Shown: positions 27,345-41,326 of the stretch, piece after piece
Layout of the letters: each line of letters starts with the position of its first letter
Position numbering within the stretch: position 1 is the first letter of the stretch
The notes under the pieces: model-generated
Databases searched by the model: none
The model's input: the letters and a program-made list of their open reading frames with translations, nothing else
What the model was told of the DNA's origin: nothing
Position numbers and translations under genes: made by a program
Source: Ophelia neglecta
Lineage: Eukaryota
Assembly: GCA_965285935.1 (NCBI GenBank)
Contig: OZ260663.1
Span: 16,244,001 to 16,308,000, forward strand
Direction: 5' to 3'
DNA length: 64,000 bases

Positions 27345-29091
27345 TATTTTGGGACCGGAAGACGTATTCACCAGAATTTCGAGACCGGATCCCAAATTCA
27401 CTAGAATTTCTAGACCGCCAGACTTATAACACCAGGGTTAAGAATCGAGCGACTCCCTGGTTGGCTAGGGTTAGTAAATGAAGACCGGGGAGACTTTCCA
27501 CCGGAGGGACTCGACAAACTTTTACACTATAAGGCGTACCATAGAGAAAGTGAAGCTAACAGGGATTAATAACCTTAGTTCCATTTGGTAAACGAACGCC
27601 ACCTTGTGGCACGAATGGAATATAGCACACATCAGAAAAACAAACCTACAGTCGTACGGCACTCGCAAATCAAAGGGCTAAACCCTATACACACAAATCA
27701 AATTGCACATCATATTGAAAGTGGTTATTTAGTAGTGTGGCTACCAGCCTTGCTATTTTGAATAGCTATCTAATGGCCAAATCTGTAATGGGAAAGCGGG
27801 CGCCAGGCTCTTTTCCCTTTCATGATAATTTCACCACTTTAATCTGGATGAATGATTTTTACTTAAAACAGAGAAGTTCGCTTTGTATTTGGACATCATA
27901 TTATAGGCGGACCAGCCTCAAAGAATAAATATTCAGAACAAAGGGATCATTGTGTGGGAAATGGGTGCAGTAAAAGCGATAAGTAGCTATCTCATTTAGG
28001 GCTTGCTTCGAAATGTGGCTGGAAGTTAAGTATCGGGGAGGAATTTGCATCATTTTCAAGACATCAGTGCCGACGCGGAGTGGCTGTGGCTTTGACTATA
28101 GATCCCTAGAACATAAAAGATGCATCATTGAACCTTCAAAACTTTGCAAATTGCTCGATATTTACGGAATTTATGTGTATTGTACAGTTGTGTAATAAAA
28201 TAATAAAATATCCTGCTGCTGCTTGGGACTGAGGTCAAGAGACTTTTAAACCTGTTGAGCTTCACAATGATGAATCTTATCTTCACCGTGTTGAGATATA
28301 TAACAAATTAATAGTTATTATATGCAATGACTCATAATATTTAAAGATTTTAACAATAAGCTCCTTTTAATAGAAATCCTATTAAATATAGGCTTACAAT
28401 TTATCGATGTCTGAAGGTACATCTATGACAATATCCCGTTCAACATCAAAGTCAATTGACTCACCAACTATATTAAAGACCTTCCACACAGATTCAAATA
28501 TATGATTTTGTATATTACTAGTCTTATCAATCAACCAAAACGACTGCTTCGGGGTGTTTTGAATCTTCCTCTTTTTATAACATCATCTTCTCTCATAACC
28601 GCCAGGGATATGGGTTCATAGCTCTTCTTTTGTCGATACGATTAAATTGTGCCGAGTGCAAATATATATTATATGAGAATCCGGTAGATTTTTGCACATA
28701 AATCAACTACGTACTGTTAGTGAGAGGTAATAATTTTGACAACCCACTCACGTAGTTTACACTCGGGGGTTTTAATGTACGTATAATAGCTGCAATCGGA
28801 TAGACTTGATCTGCGAGGCAACATGGCACTGCTCTTTGTTCTATCCAGGGGCGCTATTATTATTGTTTAATGATTTTACGTCTAGAGGCTTGCAAATGCA
28901 GACCAGCCATTATGAATAATGGCCATACTGCAGTTAATATTAACGGAATCTGTTCATACTCAGAGAAGGCCCTGGAATTACGGCCGGAGACCAACTACAG
29001 TTGAGGGTCTATACACAAACTATATCGTGTAGTTTGAGGACGCAGCGTGGCTGCCCCCAGTTTAGAGACAAGTCATACATGTATATTAGTA

Positions 29092-29269
29092 CAGTGAAAC
29101 CTGCCTTAACGACCACCTCTACATTGAGACCACCTGTCAATTCAGACCACAAATCTGAAGACCATAGTATACATTTTCAATGTAAAATAACCTGTATAAA
29201 CAGACAACCTCCCAAATCAGACCAGTATTTGTCAGTCCCTTGGGTGGTCTTATTTTGCAGGTTTCACTT
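29092..29269 (-). mobile_element. Family A MITE, variant subfamily (shared with 46460)
   Basis: TA|CAGTGAAACCTGCCTTAACGACCACC...CAGGTTTCACT; diagnostic TCTGAAGACCATAGT interior. Confidence 0.82.
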
Positions 29270-29329
29270 TAATTACCTACCTGCCTGTCGAACCCCCTAC
29301 GAGACACACGTGTACAGTTTTTTCATGTA

Positions 29330-29507
29330 CAGTGAAACCTGCCTTAAAGACCACTTCTATAATCGGACCACCTGCCAATTCAGACCACTAATGGGAGGGC
29401 CATGATGTATAATTTCAATGTTAAATAACCTGTCTGAACAGACCACCTCTGAAATCAGACCAGCATTTTCCAGTCCCTTGGGTGGTCTTCAGTCACAGGT
29501 ATCCCTG
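29330..29507 (-). mobile_element. Family A MITE
   Basis: TA|CAGTGAAACCTG...CAGGTATCCCTG|TA, 60 bp after the previous copy. Confidence 0.82.
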
Positions 29508-30174
29508 TATATTAAAAAACCTGATTTAACAGTTAATACGAGACCAACACAATTAATCCAGTTTAAGGGCCAAAATTCCAAAGGAAATACTAAAAAATAG
29601 AAGAGATACATAATATTAAGAATATTATATGACCCCGGACGCCCCCTTGTGATATGATGCCTTAATTTGACTTCAAATGGGCATAATATTACGTACGAAT
29701 GCTAGGGTTCGCTGGCATTCTCGCTAGGAGGCGTCGCAAAATCATTCAATAGCTCGTGAATTCGCGCATTATCGCTCGAGTGAACACACCATGCGTTTCT
29801 ATCATTGTGAGACAATGCCAGCTATTTTAACGGCAATTTCTTACACAATGTGTGCAAGAACACAAATATTATCCCAAGAACATGCGTCTCCAACAAATTA
29901 GCTTCGCTTTTGAATTAAATTGTCGTTTTTAACCGCCCCGCTCTCGAGAGCAGACGATACAAGTAATCATTACTTGCCAGCCTGTTCCGCCTGCCCGATT
30001 CTTACTGTAACAAATCAAAATGATTTATCCTTAACACCTACCCCTAACTCACCGCGCCTTCAGTCTAGTGACAATAGAGCATTTTAATATGGATTACCAT
30101 AGGTAGCTCAATAGCTTATAACCAGCTGAACACATAATTTATTATGGCTTTTGAGAGCATTATTTGTGCGACAG

Positions 30175-30342
30175 CCATTTGGTCACCAGTATAATAAGGA
30201 CACCTGCCCGCTTAGGTCACTAAATTATACCTTGATCTCAATTTAGACCTGGGTAAACTGACCTGCCTATTAGGGTCACCTATGCATAATGTTGTCAGTT
30301 CTTTCCAGTCCCTTGACGGAACTGATTAGACAGGTTTTACTG
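30175..30342 (-). mobile_element. Diverged relative of family A MITE (one end eroded)
   Basis: Ends TTCCAGTCCCTTG...AGACAGGTTTTACTG|TA, with GGTCACC/GACACCTG internal motifs. Confidence 0.55.
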
Positions 30343-31647
30343 TACTAATATTATAAGACTGGAACTAGTATACAAAATAGAAGATAAGGGAGTAAAAATA
30401 TGTTATTAATTGACCGAATATGATTCCCTAATACACCCCTAATCGCATGTCACGATGTCAGATAATGAGATATAGACTGCACATCTAAAAAGAAGCCGCT
30501 ACCGGAAACATATAACACTCTGACTTCCGTTCTCCTAAAAAAGGAACTGTCCGAGCATTATAAAAAACAAACAAGATGAATTGAGGGGTTGAAACTACTC
30601 TGCTATAAATGCCTTTGCAATTTCTGTGTGTATTTTTGGTCTTGTAATGGATATCCAACATTTCCTAGTCTTCACGTTTGATTCTAGCTGTTCCATATTT
30701 GTCCGTTAGAGGACGCTAATGCCCAGAGATAGTGTTTGCGTAGCTGATATTCACCCTGTGTTAACGTGACCGTAGAAAACAGGTACCTGGCTTTATTTAT
30801 GGCAAATTATATACTGTTAATCAGAAAATATTGGTGAACAGGAAATCAAAAGCGCTCCAAATGGAAGAAGGAATTCTTTAAATGACATTTAAGATTCATT
30901 TCATCCACTATAATTTATCTACTACAATCAAACACCGCTGTCACCCGAAGGACGTTGAGAAACTCGAGGCTATCGGTAGCCCCACGCCCTCTATCGGCCC
31001 ATTCTAGGGTATTCTTTAACTGTCCAAAGATATGGTGTCATGCCTATCCGTAAGCACGGCTTTGAGAAGCGGATGTTGTCAGGGAAATTAAATCGTTCAA
31101 GACACTGTTTCTAGTGGACTTTTCGAAGCCAACCCATTTCGATTATTCCACTACTGATATGTGCCATTGGGATGCACACTACATTGATTAGGCCAAAGTA
31201 AGCAGAAGATTAGCAAAAAAGCTGGCTTTGGCAAGGAATAAGAAGGGGATATGTATTCCACGGGAGGCCAAATATACGAGACTAGGTGTGAACTATCGAC
31301 CTAACATCACACCACTGATTTTAACTCGCTGAGATTAATTGCTTTGCGGATACATGTTAGTTTTTCTCACTGTTCGCTGTATTCAATTTCCGCCTTGCGA
31401 GTTGCCGACAAGTCGCTTTCATGAATTGGACTCATGATTTAACCAAGCATTAGCACCTCATGAATCTCTACTGTTGCGCAATTTGTTTTACCGACTGCTG
31501 AAGAAATCCGTGGCTGTGGCACACTCGGAAAAGAGTAGGGCGCCAACGGACACTTGTAGTGAATGAATAACAGATGTGTATCACAATCTAATTTAATGAT
31601 ACATAACCGGACATATATATGAATTATGTGTATACATGTATATTGGT

Positions 31648-32000
31648 ACAGTAACAAACTTGAAATAGAACGGGGAAGATATAATAATGTGTTATTAGAA
31701 AATAGGATATGCAGATTATGTGAAACTATTGGTCACACTGTGATAGAAGATGAATATCGTTTTGTATTATGTTGTCCCTTATATGAAACTTTAAGAAATG
31801 ACCTATTGGAATTAGGAGTTGGGAGAAAGACTTTCCAAAGTTTTATTGATATTATGTCAACCCAGAATAATAATAACTGTTTAAATTGGCTAAATACATT
31901 GTAGAACCGTCTAAAATCAGGGAGGTAGCTTTGAGTCGTGAGATTGGTTAGAATGAACCATGGGCCGAAGGCCACAAAGTTCAATAAACTATTATTGTTA
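31648..32000 (+). mobile_element. 5'-truncated non-LTR retrotransposon (CR1/L2-group-like) 3' remnant
   Basis: Translates SNKLEIERGRYNNVLLENRICRLCE..IEDEYRFVLCCPLYETLR, matching the C-terminal Cys-rich motif of LINE ORF2 (the His of EDExH is replaced by Arg). Followed by a short 3'UTR, AATAAA and a (TAT)n-like tail. Confidence 0.8.
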
Positions 32001-32377
32001 CTAAAAACAAAAAAATGTATAATGATTGTTTGACTCACTTAGCATAGATATTAGTTAACAAGTAATATTGTTTAGGATTAGTTAATATAACAAATATGAC
32101 ATGGGATCTTTAAAGGTGGTGGTTTTTATTCAAATTGTGTTCTTGCATAAGACGAAACCATGGTTGGGTTTGTTTTGTTTCTTTATATCAAAATATATGC
32201 TGCCTCGTATTCGCAACTGTTGTAGGTTGTTGCAACTATACACTAATGTGAGCATGTATTAAAAAAGAATGTTAATCGGACTCGTATATGATCATATTTA
32301 TCGAACTATTTTAAGTGAAAACCCGCCAAATCTATCACTTGTGTGCCTTGGTTTCAAAACTAAAAATATGTTGGAAC

Positions 32378-32532
32378 TCTTTCTGTATCTGTCTCTCTCC
32401 ATCTATGTCTCTCTTGCCCGTTCGTCTCTCTGATTCTCTCTGCCTCGGTTTGCCTTTCTGTCTCTCCATCTGTCTGTCTGTCTGTGTCTGCCTGTCTGTG
32501 TCTGTCCGTCTCTGTCGCTTTCTCTGTCCCTC
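32378..32532. repeat. Degenerate (CT)/(CTGT)n microsatellite
   Basis: TCTGTCTGTCTGTCTGTGTC and CTCTCT runs. Confidence 0.85.
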
Positions 32533-35011
32533 CGAAAGTCTGTGGGTGATAGATTTTTATCAAAATGACTATCATTGTTAATATTTTCACCATAGTCGAA
32601 GTGTCTTATACAAGTAAACCAAGTCAGCCTTACGCTTTCAGGCATTCATCATTAGATGGCCCCAGCTTACTCAATCTGAGTGAGAAAGAGATCTAAGTGG
32701 TTCTGGCATTTGGACAAACATGGAACATGTCTCTTGTTCTGCATGTAAAATACATCCAAATTCCCAAAACGTCCATTAAAAATGAAAAATAGATGCACTT
32801 ACATGTAGTTTTAATTCACGATAAATGACCAAATCAATGGCAGACGACAAGCCCTCCCCGGTCCGACCTTAGAATAGATTTTTGACTCCTGTTTTTTCCG
32901 AAAAACATAGAATTTAGACCCCCATTTTTACGACAGACATAGACTTTTGACCCCCCCCCCCATTTTGAACCTTCCGGGGAGCCTACATACCTATTTTGGC
33001 CCCGAGTACCCCTCCCCCCCCCCCCCGGGCCTCCTGCCCACACACAATATGAGCGTATATAGCCATATTCACCAATTCCAACAATTAACCAAGAACGCGT
33101 GGACTACCCCCTTTTCCATCTACCCCGTACATGATTATAAATCTGCCTTGGCTATATTTTTGTCAGCTCCATAATTGAAAAACGGTTTGCAGCCGCCTTC
33201 TTGATTAAACTTTGGCACTTTAATGATTGCTCGAGATACAGTGTGTAGAAATGTGTTTTTACAACATCACCGTCGTCGGTATTTGTCAGTTACAACACGA
33301 TAATTGTCACCTCGATTAGACACAAACAGAGGAGTCATAAAAATAACACTTATTAATAAAAACACTATTTGTATAGGAAATTCGCAAGTATTTTACATAC
33401 TGTGAACCTGGAACATTCTGCCACGCGAATGTTATGCAAAATAACACACATATAAGGTATGGAATGACCGTGGTTGACCAGCGGCTTTTTATGTTGTGAC
33501 GTATGTATATTTCGAAAGCATATAGGCAGACGGCAGGTTGAGATGGCTTTTGTAGTCTTAGTAGTCGCATTTGACAATGAGGGAACACTGGTCAGAATCT
33601 ACTTATTTCAAATTCTATAAGAAGTTCCAGCCACTGCATACCGAATGGGGCGGGGGGAGGGGAGACTGGAGGGGGGAGGCAGAGAGATCTCTGTAATACG
33701 TGGTATCTGGCTGACCCCAAACCCACCCTGACAGGAAACATCCACCCTTCACCCCACCAGAAAAGCGCAGCTCAACGCTGAGTCTACTTCTCAAAACTAC
33801 ACACAAAGATTTACAAAATATAAATAGTGGTATTTAGTATTAATTACAGAAGCTACACTTCTTGCCTTCAGTTATTTGATTAAATAAAGACCGAGTGCCT
33901 GGAGTATAAGCGCGTATACAACCTGAGATCAGCGAGACGGAACAATGCTTATCAGGAAAAATCACCGATGTTCCCCAATGCCCTGAACGAAAAAGGTGAT
34001 TAGAAAACGACAATAAACAATATCCTCCTTAAGGCCAATATACACAGGCCCAAATTCCACATATGGAATTTGGAAACTTTGAACATGCACATTTAAATCC
34101 GGTCAGCTCAATACTTGAAAGCAACATGGCGTCACGTCCGGTCATTGGCGGCAAGATGGTGTCACATTTCGGCAATCATTCGGAGCATTTATTGATTCAA
34201 TACCATTCCGTTATTTGGAAAAGCCTGCTTTAATGGCAATATTTCCTTCGCCTTGGCAACCATGTCGTTGCCAACCAACCAAGTGACTTTAACTCAGCTG
34301 CCCTGTTCAGCCTAGGTGCGATTTAACAGGTTTTTGGCCTGTTCAATGTTTTAGTGATGGTTTCATAAAGATCCCAGTTGACCCATAAGGTATGTAATAT
34401 ACGTTTGACCGCTTAAGGTTAAGTCCCCAATGACTTAAACAAGCAGGCGTTTAAAGGGTTTTGGCTTTTCGACTTATATTTATTGCCTAAAGCTTTGAAC
34501 AGTTACAATAGCCTAACACTTAAGGATGAATAATAAGCATGGTAGTACCATCACGAACGGTCAAAAATCTTTCTTCCTGATGGATAACCTGCTGAAACAG
34601 TCACCTTAAAGGACAAAACAAAGCTTATGAATGTCATTATAATTGCTGGTTGTGTCTATAGAAAAGCCAGCGATGATTTCTACACACCTCTCGTGGAAAT
34701 TGTTCATGTGTTACGAGTACATGAAAAGGTATGGTATTGATAACAAATTTAAGCTTTGATCCTCTCAGGTCGATAGCGTGTTTTAAATAACATGAACTGT
34801 TTATGTACTTTATCATAGAATTTGTAGGCCGTATCGTCAAGTACGCATGCTTCAAAACTTTGTTTATTCTCGTCCACATATTGTTTAATCATTATGCTCC
34901 CATCCTTCTATAGTGAATGGGTTCACTATAAACAACATGACAAGGCTTGCGTTCATCAACAATCACTGGGGGATAGCGGGATAGAGAAACATTCAGCTAT
35001 CCTATAAACAT

Positions 35012-35278
35012 TAAAATCGCGTTAAACCCAAGACGTAAAAATAGGTACTGATAGGTCCCCTGCCAGGCGCCCGGTATTTCGGGGGTAGTATCAGGACTGG
35101 TCAACCCGGTGTCAGTATAATATGACTGGGTGGGGTTCCCTGTCTGGTGTCTACAGCAGGTACTCCAGTGAGGCAGCACTCTAAAGAGGGCATTGAGCCC
35201 ACTGTCACAAGTAGGCACCGTGGCCCTATGACCAGATAAGTGTTGAAAGCCACGTAAAATCCCAAGCAACAACAACAA
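35012..35278 (+). mobile_element. 5'-truncated SINE resembling mollusc Meta/MESC-core SINEs
   Basis: Core CCTGCCAGGCGCCCGG...GGACTGGTCAACCCGGTGTCAGTATAATATGACTGGGTG; (CAA)n tail; flanked by 9-bp direct repeat TATAAACAT (35003-35011 and 35279-35287). Family assignment is from recalled resemblance. Confidence 0.75.
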
Positions 35279-35625
35279 TATAAACATGTGTTAGCTGCAG
35301 TTACCGAATCTAGTGGTCTGAAAGTTTTCAACCGCTATCTGTCTTTTTTCCATCTAATTTTTACATGTAAACCGCTACAGGGTTCCCCGAATTTAGCATA
35401 GAGACCGCTGAAGTATAAAGTTCCTGTGAATGAGGGGTAAATATCAGACTAAGTGAATGAAATCCAGCAATAAAGTATAAATTCGTGTTTTAGCCATGTA
35501 GCTTTGTTGACTACCTTAAATGGCGACCTGCCAGGTGTCTGGAAGAAAACGCGAGACTAGTGCGTAATTATTATTATTAAGACATCGCGTGGTGTGCTTT
35601 GATGTCTGGTGAAGCGTTAAGACTT

Positions 35626-37467
35626 CACTGGTAGGACACGATCTGAGTAACGTTTTGTTACTCAGATCATAAAATGGCGGACGCCAAATTTACTCTTGTT
35701 GGTAATTTGGCTTTTATCAATTTTTATACAGCTTATATGATGGCAGTCGTTTGCTAATAGTTGTACAACAATGTCTAGATAATAGTGACACAATGTCAGA
35801 ATTTATAAGAATGCATTCGGGGAGTTTTCTGCGCATGAAGATTTGCTAGGTGATCTGAGTAACAAAAAAGGCATGATCTGAGTAACGACTTTTACTTAAA
35901 TATCACTGCTACATTTATCAAGGTTTAATTGTCAGTTAAACCTTGCACAATAGTAAAAAAAATGCAGTGTAAGTGAACAGAATTTTAGTTTATATTTTTA
36001 CACAAGTCCATCAAGGAACAAACTAACTAATTTCCACTAAACTGATATCCAGGAAATTACACAAAGGGTAAATATTCAGACCTGTACACAGTAAAAAAAA
36101 CCTGACCTAATAAATTTGTTTTTTAGTTGTATTTATAAATTTCAGATCATAATCAAGTATCATCTGACCATATTTTTTTTGCAAAACTCATGCATACCAA
36201 ACAAAGTCTGATTAATCCCCAACCTGGACAACCTTGTAATGGGAAATTCCCCTATTTTAGAATTGCTTGATTTTTCACCCTCTTCAATATTTCCCCTTTA
36301 CCCCAGGGTAAAATTTTCCCCTCATAATAGGGGAATTTCAGCATATGTCTAGAGGGGAAATTCGGTATATCAGGTAGGGAATTTCCCCTTTTATAGAAAT
36401 GTGAAATTCCATAATTTGTCACCTATGCTTTTCAATGGGGTAGTACCTTCTGCTGTTCTAATGTTTTAACTCACATTCACCCAACCATGTGAAAGCACAG
36501 ATTTGTTCTATATGGAACTGTTTGCCTATTTGTGCAAACCTTGAACACTATTGGGACATTGACTCCAATGTTAAATTATGTTTACAGGCAGTGAAAGAGC
36601 AGGAAGTTCAGAAAGGGACTTAAGTATGGTGATGGAGTATATTATCATTCATTCATGAATGTGTATACATGTTATCCTGTGGAAAATGAGTCTATGTTGG
36701 ATGTGCATGTTAGATGATCAGATGGGCTAGTGGGAGTAAACTATAAGGGTGCTGATACCAAATGTAAATATCATATTTTGTCAATACATTTAGACATTGA
36801 TGCCATGTACACTTGCAGGGTAGTGAGACACATTCTGAGTTTATGAGCAAGTTCCCCTGCGAAATATGTCACATTTATATTGATAAGGTTATATAGACTA
36901 TATTATTAAGCATGTTACCATTTGCAATTTTTTCAGGTCAAGTTCTGCCCCTCCCTGGCATGTTTTAATTACAAACCTTCACATTTTTATTAGACATGTT
37001 CTATCTTTGGAAGGTTCAATTGGCATCCCCATCCCCTGTCAGAGACCCTGCTGATTTTTGACCCCCCCCCCCATCCTCTCCACCAAGTTAAATTAGATAA
37101 TGGACTGCCTATTTTGACCCACAAACGCACATGCAATGCTTCCCATACACTGACTGCATGAGCTAATACTGTTTGATAAATGTAGCAGTGATATAATAAG
37201 AAAAGTCGTTACTCAGATCATGCCTTTTTGTTACTCAGATCACCTAGCAAATCTTCATGCGCAGAAAACTCCCCGAATGCATTCTTATAAATTCTGACAT
37301 TGTGTCACTATTATCTAGACATTGTTGTACAACTATTAGGAAACGACTGCCATCATATAAGCTGTATAAAAATTGATAAAAGCCTAATTACCAACAAGAG
37401 TAAATTTGGCGTCCGCCATTTAATGATCTGAGTAACAAAACGTTACTCAGATCGTGTCCTACCAGTG
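35626..37467. mobile_element. 1842-bp non-autonomous DNA transposon with ~295-bp TIRs, CACTGG ends and 6-bp TSD
   Basis: AGACTT|CACTGGTAGGACACGATCTGAGTAAC...GTTACTCAGATCGTGTCCTACCAGTG|AGACTT; TIRs 35626-35921 and 37173-37467 nearly identical; no long internal ORF. Confidence 0.92.
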
Positions 37468-37642
37468 AGACTTGCCCTGATAGAACCTGCGTGTTCCTGA
37501 CAAATTTACAACATTGTACAATTATACACACACAAAAATACATCATCGATGAATTCTGAATTGTGTATAAATGTATATGACCCATAAAATCATAAAAAAA
37601 ACATAAAACAAACGTTATTTAAAGTAGCAAGATTTACACCTA

Positions 37643-37820
37643 CAGTGAAACCTGTGAATTAAGGCCACCCAAGGGACTGGAAAATACTGGTCTGATATCA
37701 GAGGTGGTCTTTTTAGACAGGTTATTTAACGTTTTAAGTATACATCATGGTCCTCATATCAGTGGTCCGAATTTACAGGTGGTCTGATTATAAGGGTGGT
37801 ATTTAACGCAGGTTTCACTG
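37643..37820 (+). mobile_element. Family A MITE
   Basis: TA|CAGTGAAACCTG...CAGGTTTCACTG|TA. Confidence 0.88.
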
Positions 37821-38060
37821 TAGCATGGTATACCGAGTTGTTCAGTGGCCAGCCACCTGTGCGCCTTAAGCAATTAAAGTATGCCGTTGGGGGAAATTTC
37901 TCTGTAAGACAGGTGTCACTGTGTTACTGACTCATATATCAAACAGTAACAACTGGGCATTCTAATTTAATTAAAGACCAGTATAAACTGCGTTTGCTTG
38001 GGGGCATGGAGAACTGACCTGGATGTTAGCGACTTTCCAGTGCTATTATATACCCTGTGG

Positions 38061-38251
38061 CAGTGGCGGATTTAAGGGGGGTGGGGGGCCGCCCTCCCCC
38101 CTTTTGCCAAAAAGTGGGTCTGGACCAGGGCTTATTTCTGGACCGACGCAAGGTGCTTTCAGAGGGTTGGTAACGGGGACAACCCAGACATTTACCTTGT
38201 CAGGCTTAGAAATCCCCCCCTCCCCTTCCTGAAATCCTAGATCCGCCACTG
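38061..38251 (+). mobile_element. Family B MITE
   Basis: CAGTGGCGGAT...ATCCGCCACTG; flanks CTGTG(G)/CTGTG. Confidence 0.85.
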
Positions 38252-39025
38252 CTGTGTCAGTACGTTCACCTCACCCAACAGCTGAGGTAACCGTTGCTGT
38301 TCATGACAGGAACTTCCAAATCAGGTTCTCTGTGCCTAGGGAAAATACGCCGAGAAGGCTGAGGTAGCTGGCTAAACCATAGCACAACCTTAAACCCATA
38401 AAACATCACACCGGATACGGCTTGTAGTGTTATACCTCCTTATATTTAAATTTTAGAGCTTCAACGTTATAAAAGTCGACTTCCTTGATATTTTACAACG
38501 CTGTGAATATTACATGTGCAATTAATGTTTCGCTGTGGAATCGTTGGCCACAGAATTACGACTACCGAGAATAAAGTGTGTACTCATTTGATGGCATACA
38601 TTGTTAAAACGCCTAAACCCGGGACTATATCTAGCTCGAACAATATGGAAGTGTAGGTAAAACGGTGTGGGTAGAAACAAATCGCAGCTAACTAAAGTGT
38701 TTGACGTGTGTTTGATTAAAAAAACATTCATCAGAAAAAATAATAATGGCAACAATTACTATAACTACTTAATACTTTTTCTATATGGCCCAGCTAGTGA
38801 CCACCCCCCCCCCCCAACCCCACCCGCAGCGCCCTCTCTCCCACCCCAATCCAAACCACAACACGAGGAAAGCGGATGGTTCTTTTCAAACCCTTTTTAT
38901 ATAAACCAGTCAATTTAAATTAGAACTTACCAATATGAACTTATACACAATCATACAGAGACTCCCATAATCACAACAATAACAATATTCCGACATAACC
39001 CAAACCTAAGACCTGACCTGGCATT

Positions 39026-39382
39026 AAGTCTGGAGACTTTGAGCAAAAAGGTATAAAACCATAAGATGCTAGAAAACAGTGTGCACAAGCTACTGCTGAC
39101 GCACATATTGTCTATGTGTAATTGGTGTGTTTAAAAAAAGGCTGCCTCTAATTGGTTTGCTATGTATGACGTTTGACCTATTCACACCCGAAGGCAAGTG
39201 ACGCGTTTTGCCAGAGCACTGTGTCCCTGGGTGCCGCTGCCTTCTGGAGGTGACGTCATCGCCTAAAGCAAGCCAAGCGTCATTTGCTTACTGGGCCAAT
39301 TAGCGTTCAACATGCGGGCGTGTCAGACATGCATTGATTACAGATTCAAATTTTTTTTAAAGCACCACTAGTCTCCAGACTT
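39026..39382. mobile_element. Possible MITE bounded by 13-bp inverted repeat AAGTCTGGAGACT
   Basis: AAGTCTGGAGACT at 39026 and AGTCTCCAGACTT ending 39382; no clear TSD; single copy in window. Confidence 0.4.
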
Positions 39383-40204
39383 TATGTTGCTGGCATAATA
39401 TCGCATATATAATGTTGTGCCATCCGCCTGTTAACAAATATAAGGTTAGACATCTAGTGAAATCCGTGGTATCTTATCAAAAACCTACTCTAAAGCTGTT
39501 TCTAACAAAACCCCTTCTCTACCGCAGCCATTTTACCAAAACCCCTACGCTTCAGCTGTTTCTTACCCAAACCTCTGCGATACAATTATTATTAGACCAC
39601 GAAACCTGTTTCAGGCATTACTCACTTAACGAGAGAGTTCGACAAAATTGGGGTTAGGTGTGTTTACTGAAACCCGTGGACTGATCAATACAGAACTCAA
39701 GAGTAAGTCCGATTATCAATAGAGCCTAGCGTCTAGATGCATGTTAAGAGGAACTGGTATCCAAAATGCCAGAACCCGCAAGAGCAAATCATTATGTTAC
39801 AGAACCATATAAATTAGTATAGCATTTCGAGAGCTTAGCACTTTTAGACTTAGAAGAGAAGTTTTGTCTAGTTATGCCAAAGTCCTTCCTAGCAGGTACC
39901 TATTTAAAATATACTGGGCTATGTCGAGTGATGAGAGCGATCACAAGCCTGGTGCGAAGCGTACTTCTCCTCCTGAGTATTGACAGTATATGAAAATGGG
40001 CAGCAGTATTGAGTTTGGATTCCTCAACTAGCTTGTGTGACTTAGATTAATTGATATTGTTATATGAAGATGTATATGATTATGCTATGACTATATGTTT
40101 CAAAATAATAATTACATTCCGAATGAAATTGATTTGCGTTGAATCTTTCAAATATCTTTTAATAATATTCCCATTCTTTTGGAAAATATTTAGATTTCCA
40201 AAAG

Positions 40205-40566
40205 ACCAGGGTGACTCTTTTCCCAGTACTTAGAACTTATCCTTCTCTAAAGCATAGTATTTATAGATCAAGGAATCTTAATCTTAGTATTTATGTTCCG
40301 GCGGTCTATAAGTCCGTGTATGCTTAGTCCGAGGGTTTATATTTCCTAATATTTAAGTCCAAGGGACTCTATTTCGTAGAATTTTTGTACGAGGTAATCT
40401 ATTTCTCAGTATTTATATATAGCCCGAGGGATACTAAATCCTAGTACTTATCATCTGCGGTTCTTAATATTAGAATGTTCAGTCCAGTGTATTCTATTTC
40501 CTAGTATTTTTTTAGGCTGGGGAATTTCTATCCGGATCACGTGACACAGTATTTCTAGTCCAGGGG
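40205..40566. repeat. Decayed tandem repeat, period ~31-33 bp
   Basis: Recurrent CTATTTCCTAGTATTT..AGTCC(A/G)AGGG-like units, about 10 degenerate copies. Confidence 0.6.
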
Positions 40567-41326
40567 CACAATATTCTTTTAAACCGGTTCACAGAAGATA
40601 CGATAAATCGGGAAAAATAAAAAAAGCTCTCAATTTCGATGGGAACAAAAATGTTTACAGAAGAACAGAGAAAAGCAAAACAGCCATCAGGGAGAAAATT
40701 GTACAAAACGGTACCTTAGGAAATAAAATTCCCACCAAGCCACTATACGAATCAATGGTAGTCATACAATGCATGGAGCTATTATTTGCTTGCCCAAGGC
40801 CGTTATAATAGTGATGATTCTTATAAAGGGTCTAGTACTCTAAAACGAGGCAGGCTTCATCACCCTCCAATTCATTTAGAAATGGATTCATACAGCAAGG
40901 GTAGCGTTATGGGGCGGGTATGTTTGCGTAAACTAATAGCACGTTTTATAGCCACGACTTTTCCTACTCGTGCATATTACCCATGGGCTTTTACAGGAAT
41001 CCCAAGTCCCCAAGAATGTAGATTTATGGGTCCACAGTGGCAGGTATGTTTACTTATTGTGGGTGTATGAACCCGTAGGTCTAAAATGTAATAATCACAT
41101 TGGTATGTCACTCTGTGCTACTAAATTATAGATAAAACAAACTACACAGCCAAAAACGATGGGTTTGTCATCACCAGTACTTCGGCGCTAGGTTCTATCA
41201 GCATGATATAAATCTACGTGGTCCCTCTAGCTTTTTCAACCACTAAAGGCGTGGGAGTTAAATGTCAGTAATAAATAGCCATGACTCTCTTTACAGCAAG
41301 ATGCCTTACTATCACTGTCTGGTCAA

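Noticed and set aside
31626-31904. 92-aa zinc-finger-like ORF as a host gene
   Set aside because: Matches the C-terminal motif of LINE ORF2 with a LINE-type tail; the His ligand is mutated.
32315-32645. Cys/Leu/Ser-rich and Arg/Glu/Thr-rich ORFs
   Set aside because: Translations of a CT/CTGT microsatellite.
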